The notes under the pieces were generated by a model that saw only the letters and a program-made list of their open reading frames with translations, did no database searches and was not told where the DNA came from. From the NCBI GenBank assembly GCA_013265495.1, contig MU058781.1, positions 5,874,118-5,938,117 on the forward strand: a stretch of DNA of 64,000 nucleotides, written 5' to 3'. The position numbers and the translations under genes were made by a program. Each line of letters opens with the position of its first letter. The first letter of the stretch is position 1. This document shows, one piece after another, positions 52,396 through 64,000 of the stretch. Source of the DNA: Vicugna vicugna (lineage: Eukaryota).

Positions 52396-53809
52396 GGAAC
52401 TTGTGAGTTAAAAGATGTACTTTCCATCTGGAGCAGCTGCCTCGGGAGAACCTGTGTTCTTTGTAAGGGAACAGTGAACAGAGACGTGCTTCAGTGGAAG
52501 AGGCCACGCAGGGGAGACTAAGCAAGAAGAACCAAAGGCAGAGGAAGAACAGTGGTCTGGTCGAGTGAGAAGAGAAATCGAGAAGACTGAGTCAGAAGGG
52601 GAAGGCACAAGCCAAACAGGAAGACGTGAGTGAACTGAACGTAAGAAGCAGAAAATAAGACACACAGTCGTGTTTCAAAATAATCTAGCTGCCACGTTAC
52701 ACCCAAAAAAGAACTGAAGGCAGTTTTATCTGGAAATTATCTTCCTCCCTCAACACCTCTGCTGATCAAATGGGAAACAAGGAGAGGGGAATTGAGCGAA
52801 GGTAGGAACCTGAAAGCATCCCTTTCTTTTTTTCATTTAAAAAAAAAAGTCAACCACCTTCAATATAATGCCCTTCCAGGGCGAGCATCCCACCTGTGGC
52901 ATCTGATCATTGATAAACTTCGTGAGGTCACATGCTGCCATTTATAGATCTATGTATGTACATGCTAGGATAATGAGATTCGCCATCTATTCATTCCTTC
53001 ACTAAGTGAATGAAACTACCATCACGCGTCTCTCCGAGGGAGTATCCTAGTTAACTGAAGCTCAAGCTGGCCTTGGGAACCAGAGATAACATTTCTCCTC
53101 CTTCCAGTTGAATTAATAAGACAAGCAGGAGATGACTCACACGAACAGTTGATGAAGCAATTAATGCCAAGTCTCTCTCTTACTCATCCCCTCCAGTGAA
53201 AGAATTAACCCTGGCTGAAAAAGGAGACACCATGTGAGCAAACTGAACTTTACCACACATTGGGGCGATAAGGGACGAGTAGGAGAGGGTTCCTGTCCAA
53301 ATTCTCTAAATCTAGAGAGACCTCGACATGATTAAGCCGCAATCAGATTGCGTTAATCAGCACTGTTTCCTCTATTTCAAGTTAACCATTGCTGGCTTTA
53401 CAGGAATAGCTTTCTGAGACAGTCCTACAGAATTACCTCACTCACTGAATTTTTCAAAAAGGAGAACAGAGCCGTAAGACATCACTGGTCTCTGGGGCAC
53501 ATACATGTGTGAATAAGCATCCCTGAATTCGAGCTGATGCCGTGTAATAACGATTTGTCAACATTACTTAGAGTACTTGTGGGAGAGCTGCTTAATCCAA
53601 AGTCACTCCTTGTTTCTACCGGTGGAGGGATCAAGAGAGAACCAAATATTCAGAAGAAGGAAAGAATCTCAGAAAACATCTCGTTCAAGTGATTTCATTG
53701 TGTGTGTATGGGGGGGGGGATAGGAGAAGGGGTTAGATATTAAATTCCAGTTGGATGCTTTTTCATAATACATACAGTTCTCTCACCTCCCTACTACCCA
53801 CCCTCACCC

Positions 53810-53977
53810 TTAACGTGTGGTCCCTGGGACCAAAAGCATCAGTTTCATGGGAGAATTTGTTAGAAATGCATATTCTCAGGCCCCAGGCAATTACATCAGA
53901 AACCCTGGGGCCCAGGAATCTGCAGTTTCATAAACTGTGCAGGTAACCCTGATGCCTGCTGAGTTTGAGAACCACTG
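53810..53977. mobile_element. MER5A-like hAT element
   Basis: gtgtggtccctgggacc...gaatttgttagaaatgcatattctcagg...tttgagaaccactg. Confidence 0.85.
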
Positions 53978-54209
53978 CCCCAGGGCATGCTCCTCCGACC
54001 CACTGTTGCTGAACCCCATCACCCAGAGGTGTGCTGGATGGATAAAAAGTTAATATGCAATTGCCTTAGTCTTGCAGTACCAGGTCCAGAGAGCTTAGGT
54101 CACTTGCCCATGACCACAACATTAAAGAGTGGCCAAGCCAGAATGACAAACAACTCTCATATGCACAGCATCTTATAATCTGTTCAAAATGGATTTCCAA
54201 AATAACCCT

Positions 54210-54335
54210 GTTGTGATTATCCCTCATTCACAGATGAAAAAAGCTGGGCTCAGGGAGGTTAATGACTTAATCAAGTCTATTACCAAACTAAGTAACAGAC
54301 CTGAGACCAGAACCCGTTTCCTGATTTCTGGGTCA
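54210..54335. mobile_element. MIR SINE fragment
   Basis: cattcacagatgaaaaaagctgggctcagggaggttaatgactt. Confidence 0.7.
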
Positions 54336-56832
54336 CTGTTCTTGCTGCTTCTGGCAAGGGCCTGGTAAGTCACAGTGGGTACCCCTGCACGTGTGCAACC
54401 CCCCACGGTGTGAGAAATCTGCAGATTGAGAAATTGTATCTTAGTCTGGACTCTAACATTCAAAATAATGCATTAAATGTAATAGTCACATTCTGACTGG
54501 CCCCATCAGCACATACTATTGCTACTCTAATTTCTCACTTCCACCCACCTTTATGAGCTGGCCCGCGTATCACCACATTTAGAAGAACACCATCTGACTG
54601 AAATGCAACACAGTTGGGAGGGCACGACTACCACCGGCATTTGTAAACAGTTACTCGAAGAGAAGGCGATGGCAAGTTCCCGTCAGCCTTTCCTATCTGT
54701 TCCTTTCTGTTGTTTTCCTTCTTCGCATTTTTTAAAATACATATATTCATTTCGGAAAACGCAGAAATGACAAAAGAAGGAACTACAGATCTCTCAGCTG
54801 ACAAGTGATATTTATCCTGATTTTTTTCTAAACACAGACATATAAATAATTAACAATACGGAAATACTACTGAATTTTTTAAAATTTGGAATATGTCACA
54901 CATTGTCCTGTGTACACTCCTTTGAAAGCTCTGTCATGAGTACAGGCAAATCTGCAGAGGTATATTACATCAGGACGGAACAAGACACGTATGTTCTGAT
55001 TCTAGTTTGAACACGTTCCAAGTTCCAAAGAGGGGTTATTAATCCATTAAACTAAGAAGAAAAAATTTACCCTAGGTGAATTCTCATCTAGATCAATTCC
55101 AGGAATTAAGAGCCATGGAACTTGCCAGATAATTCACACCAGACAGCACCAGGAAATCACAGACACAGGGCTTCACTCGGCTCTAACCTCTGCCTAGTCC
55201 ATTGCTTTGGGCATGAACAGAAGTTGGTTTCTTTCATTTTCCACATCACGACCTGCCGTACACTCTCCCATATTCTGCACATCCCCTCCCTCCACCCATT
55301 CTGGGCTCCATTATTACTCATGCAGATCACAAAAGGTCTTACAACCCTCCCCTTGGAACTCCTCCTCCACACTGGGTCAGACCTAAGATATATCTTGCAT
55401 GTGCCACCCAAACTAATAAAAATAGCTGGCATCACTGGGCACATCTCACAGGACTGGCCCCATGCTACATGCTTTCCACAGATTAGTATATCTTTATGAC
55501 AATCATAAGAGGCAGATGTTACCGTGTTACTATTACAGATAAGGACTCTAAGGTTTGGAGAGGTTGCATCATTTGGTCCAAGTCACACAGCTCATAAGAT
55601 TTAGAACGACTTGACTCTGGAAACTATACCATTTGTTAACTCAAAAAATTTCATGCCTATCTGTCATCAACAGCAGAAGTTTCCAATATTATTTTTTAAT
55701 CCAAAATTCTGCAGACCTCAGGCAATAGATATTTGATTCTTAATATCTGTTAATCAAGAAAACATAGAGTGATTAAAAAGATACTATTAATTTAGTAACA
55801 CTTAAAATGAATTTTTGGTTGATGAATCATCTTATCAGCCCGCTACGTATATTTGGGAGAAAGATCTGATTTCTGTTAGTGATATTAATGATTAAATCTA
55901 CAGATAATGCTTACTGTGAATATGGACAGGTAGGCCCTCCTTTATAAGAACTGTGGTCTCCCATGCGTTTTGAAGCCACAGGCTAGAAGCCCCCAGAATG
56001 TAAACTAAAGTCCTTCTCATGAAATGCCATGGGCTCCACACTTTGGGCCCAACCTACATTTCCCACTGTGTTCCCTATCCTGCCCCCGCCACGTACTTTA
56101 CACGCTGCCTCTGGTGGTGGTGGACAGGGATTCCCAAATTACTGGACTTCATGCCGAGAGGCCCTCAAGCCATTTCCACTGCAATCTTCTGCCAAAAGGT
56201 CTCCCTCTCTTTTGAGACACAGCTCAAACATCTCCAACTCTGTGAAGCCACTTCTGACAACGTCCCTCCCCCCTCCCCCCAAGGCCGAATCAACACACCC
56301 CTTTTCCTCTCTTTTCTTTTACAGGATTACAGCCCTATGATGACATTCAATACACTGCAAATAAGAGAATGTGCTAACACCTGACTACCCCTCTCCAAAT
56401 TTCCTGAGGGTAAGGATGGTATTTATTCATCAGTGTCCCCAGACCTTATCTCCACTGTTAGCAACTGGCAGGTGCTGTTTGTACAATTAATAAATTAATA
56501 TCTATGCCAGCCTGGCTGGTGATTTCACCTGGAGAAGTCAGTCCAGAAAATAGGTCCTGCCACTAAAGAAGCTTTATTTCAGTAGGTTGTAATGGTTGAT
56601 CACCTAAACTGTAAAGCTTACAGTGTCCCGACTCCAGAAGTAGGAGGCAAGTACTCACACCAGGAATCGGAAAATCTGAGTTCAGGTTCTGGCTCTCCCA
56701 CGAAGCAGCTCTGTGACCTTTACGCAAGTCTCATTCTTTCTCTAATCCTCCATTTGTTCACTGAATTTGGGTAGGAGGAGGGGGACTTCTAGTCCTTACT
56801 TGCTGCAATTCTATGACTTGCAAATTCTATAC

Positions 56833-57053
56833 ACCAAGGTTGGCAAACATTTTCTGAAATGCACCCAACAGTATTTCAGGCTTTGCTGGCTTACAATCCC
56901 TTTCGCAACTCAACTCAGGTCTGTGGTTGTACTGGGAAAGCACCCACAGACGTTAGAGAGGTGAAGGGACGTGGACGTGTTCCAATAAAACTTTATTTAC
57001 GAAAAACAGGCAGCAGGCCAAATGTGGCCCTCAAGTTCAGTTTGTCTACTCCT
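56833..57053. mobile_element. MER58-like hAT element
   Basis: caaggttggcaaacattttctg...gttccaataaaactttattta...caggcagcaggccaaatgtggcc...gtttgtctactcctg. Confidence 0.85.
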
Positions 57054-59939
57054 GGTCTGGATGAATGTCTCTATACTGCTATGTAGTTTACAGTGCTTGA
57101 TCTAAAGGTGCAATTTATGGAATGTTTATCTCAAAGTCTCCAAGGACCTTGTAAAGAGTAAATGAAGAGTATAAAAAACACACCACTGCATTCCACCAGG
57201 AACTTGGAAATGGGGGAGAGAGATTGCCCAGTCAGAGGCTGATGGTAAGAGCAAGACTTAATGGATTAAAAAATGCACAGAGTCAAAGAAGAAAGCAAAG
57301 CACCACCTCCACCACCATTGCCACCGCCCCCTGCCCCAGCCAGCACCTGATGAATCACATTTATATATTTAAGAAAAGACTGTGTCTTCAAAAGGGGGCA
57401 GTGGCTGGCTCAGCCAGGGAAGTATGGTCACGAAAGCTAATGTGGGCAGTGCCAAGGCCATTGGGGAAAAGAAAGTGGCTTCACTTGGCTAGACCATCCT
57501 AGTGAGATGACTGTGGCCAATGACTGAAGTGTTTTGGGTCCCACTAGAAAAATCATGCTTCTCCTGAGATGAACAGTGCAGCAGGCTAGGTTAGCTTGGT
57601 GCTACTGAACAGTAACTCAACCCACTTCCTTGTTCAGATTCCTTGCTCACCAAGCAATTACCCAACTCCCTGTGAAACGTTTCTTGAGGACACGTGGGTG
57701 CTGTGACCCTTACTGCTACCTACATCCAGAGAGCAGCGATTTCCCCAGGTGAATTAACAGAGTAGCTTCCAATGATGATTTACATTCCCAGGCAGCTTGA
57801 CACAGAGCATGTGCGGATCGTGGGAGCCCAAGAATATCTTAGTGATATGTTTTGTTGCAGATTACCTCGCCGTATAACGATGCCAGCTCAGGCTCAGAAA
57901 TCGCTGAGCTCTCTGGGTCAGCGTGGCAAGGCCTGGACCACCTCGGCTGAGGGGCTGAGGGTGGCAAGCACGTGGAGGTCCAGCCGGCCCTCTCCGATGG
58001 CAGGGCTGACACACCACTTCCAGCTCTGCTCGCTTTCAACTGATATCCGCAGTGCCTGTAGGACAACGAAGCCGAGTCTATGTTTGCATCCCTGTGCTTG
58101 TGTAAGGATGAAACTCGGCAGCAGATTGAAGGAAATAATCAAAAAACCAGAGCTAAGTTAAAAAGTGCAACAGCCAAATAGTCATCATCCTAATTAGGGC
58201 CTGACACAGCCACCATCATAAGGTGCAATGAAGTTTACACGAGTTTGTTTTTTTTTTCCAAAAAAAAACCTTCAATTGTGGTGAAGGGTCAATGATGTCC
58301 AGAAAATGCTAGCTCTTTTGCCCTGTTAAGCTGAAAAACAAAGGCTCCCTAATTGAAGTCAGGAAAGTTTTCCCCACCAAAATACAGCAGTGAATTTTGC
58401 CCAGGAATATGCCTGGAGTGAAATGAAAGAGAGGGCCCCGGAAAGTCAGCGCCTGCTTGCCTAAATCTTGCCAGGATCTGAGGCCAACCGGCCTGAGCCC
58501 GAAAACAAGAAGGAAAAGCAGAGCTCACTCTGCAGGAGGAGGAGGATCAAGCACCTCCTTTCCTGCCCACTGCGACCTGATCCAATTTCCTCCTTCTGTT
58601 CCAGAACTTCTAACCGCCAGGTCATGCACAGACTCACAGAAGGCCCGATGGAACAAGTGAACTGCTGGTTCCCCAGGAAAGCTCTTCCTTTCACAAGTGC
58701 GGTGTGTTTCGTTGGAAAGACTGTTTGGTGGCACAGTTCAGCTAGGAATGAGATATTATATGCTCATTGGTAAATTATCAAAATGCAAACCAACAGCTAC
58801 AGCGGAGATGATCTGAACTGCCAAGAATTGCTAGTGAGCTGCTAGTGAGAAAGAACATTTCTCCCCTTCTGTCTGGTCTTCAGCTAGGTTTGTCCTTGAC
58901 TGCAACATGCTCACAAGTGTGTGTGTGTCATGTACACACAAAGACGACCATGTACTTTTGTTCCTGCTTTTTCACTTGAAATTTCCAAGTAGGATTATCC
59001 TAAGTGCAGATATGCAGCAAGATAACACTGTCATTTTCTCAGTATTTCTACCTATCCTAAGTTTGGAAGTGACTTTGTTCTCCTGACTACTAGACTTCTT
59101 GGGGACTGTGTATTAATTTCCCATCACATTTAATCTAGTGCCTTGCACACAATGAATATTCAATAAACATTTGTTAAAGGGCTGACCAATTCACAGAAAA
59201 TCCGGCCTTTCACGTGAACTTATGACATCAAGCAAAATACCACCTGATGGAAAATGTTAATGCTCTGTAGTCCTCTATTTTCTTGTATAAAAAATTATTA
59301 AGTATTTCTACACCAAAAACTCCCCAGGGCAGAGCAAACATGCATATTTCTCTATATCCCCCAAAGCAGAGGATGAAAGAGCGAGCTGACTGCACCTTGT
59401 GCAGACTGAGAAGTCACCTTTTGAATTCATGCTGAACAGCTACATGGAGCAGCAGACTGTCAAAAACTGTCGGGAGAAATAATTCTTGATTGGAGCATTA
59501 AAATTAAAAATGAATGTAGGTTAATAGATGAAGATGGCTTTAAGAAAATGCTTATAATCTAAAACTAGAAAAATCAGACAGTGAACCTGCCAATCAGGCT
59601 TGTCGGGCTTAGATTGAAAGATTTCAAAGAAAGCAAAGATGAAAGAAAAATTAACTGTACGACGGCCTGTGTGACAGCCTAGGATATCTGAGCCAGGCTT
59701 CCCTGACGGTCTGCGTTCCACCCACCTCCCCTTCTTCAGACACTGACACAAATGCCGGAGGCTGAGCTGAGAGATTGAACCTGGTGCTATCAGCTCTGTG
59801 ATCTTCATACTAACGGACTGAATCACTGTCTCCACTTCATGGTCTCCACCTGGATAGGCGTGTCCTATAGTATTGAAGCGGTGTCCTTCAATACTATCCA
59901 TCTCTAGGCCAACAAAGCTCAGATTTACATACAAATGAG

Positions 59940-60070
59940 GTGGGAGGGTATAGTTCAAGTGGTAGAGCGCAGGCTTAGCACGCTTGAGGTCTTGGTTCAA
60001 TCCCTGGTACCTCCACTAAAACAAAAATAGTAAATAACAGAATAAACCTAATTACCTGCCCTCACCAAAA
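59940..60070 (+). mobile_element. tRNA-derived SINE, camelid Vic-1-like
   Basis: The head gggagggtatagttcaagtggtagagcgc...ggttcaatccc carries A and B boxes, and the tail is aataaacctaattacc. The 17-bp TSD atttacatacaa(a/t)tgag lies at 59923-59939 and 60071-60087. Confidence 0.88.
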
Positions 60071-60094
60071 ATTTACATACAATTGAGCTGCAGA

Positions 60095-61335
60095 TCCATC
60101 GGTCTAAGTTAACACCCAACAATCTCTATTTCTCAGTTCACATACCCAAAACAGGACCCCGGCTGGCATCAGCGCTGGTCCTGTCTGTTCTTGAACCAGC
60201 CCTCCCTCTCTCCATGAAGGGCACGGCCATCCTGAATGTTCTCTTTCCTGTCCTCACTGCTTCTAATCCATCAACAAGTCCCATCTGCGCCCCTGTGATC
60301 GACGACTGAAATCTACCCATTTCACTCCCTCTCCTCCCCTACCAGCTCCCATCGGGCTCGCTGCAATAGCCTCCCGACCAGTCTCCCTGGTTGATTCTTC
60401 ATCCACCTACAACCACTCTCCCAGAGCACCAGAGACATCTTTTTAAAACATACCCGATGCCATCACTCCCTCTGCTTAAACAGCCTCCATGGGTCCTGTG
60501 GGTTGAATGGTGGGCCCCTCAAAAGACGAGTTCATGCCCCAGAATTGCTGAATATGACCTTCTGTGGAAAAAGGGGTTTTGCAGATGTACGTCCTTATGA
60601 GATGAGATCATCCTGAATTAGCTGGGTGGGCCCTTTCCAATCCAATGACCAATGTCCTTACAAGAGACAGAGGAGGACAAGACACAGACACAGAGGAGAA
60701 GGTCATGTGAAGACAGAGGCCGAGGGATGCTTCCACAAGCCAGTGGAGTCACCAGAGGCTGGAAGAGGCAAGGAAAGATTCTCCCCTGGAGGCTTCGGAG
60801 GGAATGTGACAGCTTGATTTCAGACTTCTACCCTCTAGAATCATGAGACAACAAAATTCTGTTGTTTTAAATGACCAAGTTTGTAAGAATGTGTTAGGGC
60901 CGCCTTAGGAAACTAATTCAGTCTCCTATCACACGTAGGATAAAGGCCTGTTGCCTGTCACTGCAGACTTACAGGCTCTTCCTGACCTCAGGGCCTTTGC
61001 TCAGCCATTCTCTCCACCTGCAGTACTCTTTGCTGATTCTCATCTCACCCCCACCACTCCTACACATCACTGAGGCCTCTGCACAAATGTCACAGACTAT
61101 GAAAGGCTCTCCCTGCCTGCCCCAAATAAAATCATCCCTCTGGCTGCCCCCACCACCCTCTCCCCCTAAAACAACCTGCTCTGATATGGAAATACAAAAT
61201 ATACCTAAGGATTTACTTACTTTACCTGAGAAAGTAAGCTCTCCGAGGGCCGGAGCTTGCACTGCATTTATTCAGTTATATCCCCAGCATACACACTGTG
61301 CCTGGCCAAGATTGGACAGTCAATAAATATCTGGT
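60095..61335 (+). mobile_element. LINE-2 3' fragments flanking the MLT1 LTR
   Basis: Pyrimidine-rich L2 3' sequence (tgcaatagcctcc, cctcagggcctttgc, actgtgcctggc...tcaataaatat). Confidence 0.7.
60497..60920 (+). mobile_element. MaLR (MLT1-type) solo LTR inserted in an L2
   Basis: tgtgggttgaatggtgggcccc...gaagacagaggc...ccagaggctggaagaggcaagg...gaaactaattca. Confidence 0.9.
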
Positions 61336-61424
61336 TGTATAAGATGAAATAAATTCTTTTTCTTTTCTTCTGCTAAATTATAAAAACCTGACTTGATAGC
61401 ACCATCAAGAGATACTCACTCAAA

Positions 61425-61648
61425 ATTTGGTGTAGCCACTATAGAAAACAGTATGAAGATTCTTTTAAAAACTAGAAAGAGTTACTATATGATCCAGCAA
61501 TTCCACTCCTGAGCATGTATCTAGAGAAAACTCTTATGTGAAAAGATACAGGGACCTTAATGTTCATAGCAGCACTATTTACCATATTAAAGGCATAGAA
61601 GAAACCTAAATGCCCATCAACAGATGATCAAATAAAGATGCAGTGTAA

Positions 61649-61697
<49 letters not shown>

Positions 61698-62132
61698 AAT
61701 ATTACACAGCCATAAAAAAGAATCAAATAATGCCATTTTCAGCAACATGGATGGACCTAGAGATTATCATAAGAAGTGAAGTAAGTCAGACAAAGATAAA
61801 TATTATATGATATCACTTATATGCGGAATTTGAAAAAACGACACAAATGAACTTATTTATAAAACAGAAAAAGACACACAGATACAGAAAAAAAAACTTA
61901 CGGTTACCAAAGGGGAAAGGTGGGCAGTGATAAATTAGGGATTTGGGATTAGCAGATACAAACTACTATGTACAGAATAAACAACAAGGTCCTACTGTAT
62001 AGAACAGGGAACTATATTCAGTAGCTTGTAATAACTTATAATGGAAAAGAATATAAATGTATAACTGAATCACTATGCTGTACACTAGAAACTCACACAA
62101 CACTGTAAGTCAACTATACTTCAATTTAAAAG
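61425..62132 (+). mobile_element. 5'-truncated L1 with embedded (AC)n at 61650-61695
   Basis: tatgatccagcaattccactcct, agcaacatggatggacctagag and an L1 3' UTR. Confidence 0.95.
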
Positions 62133-63663
62133 AAGGGGATAATCACTTAAGATTTTCTCTCTGTTACAAGTCAAACACACTACTGTGATTTTTGAGACTT
62201 TGAGGGTTATAACTGCTCTCTCACTCTCTTCTCCCAAAACTCACTTGGTCAAAATGTGGCTTTTCCCTTTTTATCACTGGGGTGAAGATAAAGCACAGGG
62301 TAAAGGAGAGGTCTAGATCCTTTTGCTACCAGCCATGTGAACTTAGGTACATAATTGCCCTCTCTGAGCCTGGAAATGAAATGCAGAAACTGGCTGTGTC
62401 TGTATCCACAGGACAGCCCTGAGAACCAACTGAGGTCATTTATTCAACAAAATATTTCTTCGGCTTGTGCAGGCCAGATGTTGTGCCAGCACGACGACAC
62501 AGCCAGAACCCCAGAACCCAGACAAGGAACGTTGGCCCTCATCAAGCAGAGATCCAAGTGTACCATTTTGTAAACTGAAATGTGCAAACGTCAAGGTGGG
62601 TGCGATGTGTACCTCACGCACTGGTGTTACCTGCTCCTGCTTCCAAGCCATTCAAGCCTTCCTGCTCCACCGGCTTCTCAACACAAACGTAAACCAGAAG
62701 TCAGGTCTCTAAGGACAGCGATTACCCTCTTCACTCAATCAGCCGCACGTTTCCCAAATGCGCCTCGTTTGTCTCCCACTGAGCAATTTCTAACGCAGAA
62801 AAAAATTCAGAGCTGCTGTGAACAAGGTTAGTACAGCATCAAGTCATCTCAAAATGGGGATGCTTCAAACCACAAGCCGTTACTTTTTTCATTATTTCAA
62901 AACGAACACGCTGTGTTTTAAACGCGTACCAGGTATGCCTGCAATGCCAACTTAATGGAGTTCGTGTGCGGCCATGTTGTGGTCATTTTTAATCTTATAA
63001 AAAAGGTAGCCCCTGGCTTGTTTTCTGTAACTCAGACTTAACATCATATCCTCGAAGATAACCTTCCTTCCCTTTCACGTCTACACTAGTGGACCTTTGG
63101 AGGGACAGAGAATTCTTTGAGGATCTGATGAAAGCTACAACCCTCTCCCCAGAAAATCACGCATTCCCATCATGTCATGTAAATACAGTTACCGGGGGAT
63201 CTGGGGGGCATTCTGAAAAAGTTCAGCCACCAGAAATGCAGGCCCCTCAACCACCTGATCACAGTGTCAGCCAATGGGCCCTGGCCCAGCATCCTCGCCC
63301 GACCACCCACCTGTATTGCCGCCCTCCTCTCCCCTTGTGTTTGTGGGTGCTGAACACGCAGTCTATAATAATTTTGAAAATCCAAAATAATGGGAAACAT
63401 CTAAGGTTATACAGAGAAAATATATCAAATTATAAAGCATCGGAGTCATTATAATAATTGAGCCTGATTCTATACCAGCTTTACTCAGCATTATTAGTAT
63501 TTTCTACAATAAAAATTTAGGTTTTTGTCACTCAAGTTCTTTACATAAGTGAGTTAATGCATCAAACTTGCTAAAGTTGAACAGAGTGTGAGTAATACTA
63601 GAAGTAAGTGTGAGTAACAATACTAGTTTCCTACTCTGCTCAAAAGGTCTGGGAGAGTTAAGA

Positions 63664-63672
<9 letters not shown>

Positions 63673-63703
<31 letters not shown>
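63673..63703 (+). repeat. Poly(A) tract
   Basis: About 31 consecutive A. Confidence 0.95.
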
Positions 63704-63704
<1 letters not shown>

Positions 63705-64000
63705 CCTACATAAGATTTTTCTTCCAAAAAAGGTACAAAGCATTTTAATCTAAGAACTTTGTGTACTATTATGCACACAGTTGTCTTTAAGTAAGGTTGG
63801 TACGTTTTAACTACATAAGGTTATGTTCATATAAACATTTACGCAGGCTTCTTAGAAATAAAGAGAATTCTACCAAGGATTAAAAGTCAGTGCCATGATT
63901 TATAAATTATTTCAACGAAAAATTCTAAACTTTGAATTCTTTAAAGTTATTTTCCAATAGAGGAGGTCATTCCTTCAAGAGACAGAGCGGCATACTGTAT

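Noticed and set aside
59521..60000. Longest ORF in the window (159 aa, minus strand)
   Set aside because: It starts inside the antisense SINE with a non-ATG codon and has no recognisable domain or splice context.
59942..60014. tRNA-like sequence
   Set aside because: It is the SINE head. It has a SINE tail and TSD, and the stems are degenerate.

Overview
This is mammalian genomic DNA, most likely camelid, because it carries a tRNA-derived SINE resembling the camelid Vic-1 family and artiodactyl-type L1 3' ends. It is repeat-rich (L1, L2, MIR, MaLR LTRs, hAT and Tigger fossils, microsatellites), and I found no intact protein-coding gene that I recognise. The main signal is on the minus strand from about 30.6 kb to 7.0 kb. 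There, splice-site-bounded segments with largely compatible phases spell, in order: a signal peptide, up to three degenerate SRCR-like (scavenger receptor cysteine-rich) segments, a small Cys-rich segment, a transmembrane candidate, a juxtamembrane exon and a disrupted tyrosine-kinase-like domain. The kinase remnants are GDCLGTFG, QVSLG, QSDLVTRSC, EFI, GPE and VSWDIL, and two AATAAA signals follow. I read this as a decayed multi-exon (unitary) pseudogene of an SRCR-ectodomain receptor (pseudo)kinase, an architecture I cannot match to any named mammalian gene. All domain calls were made by eye and need HMM/tBLASTn confirmation.
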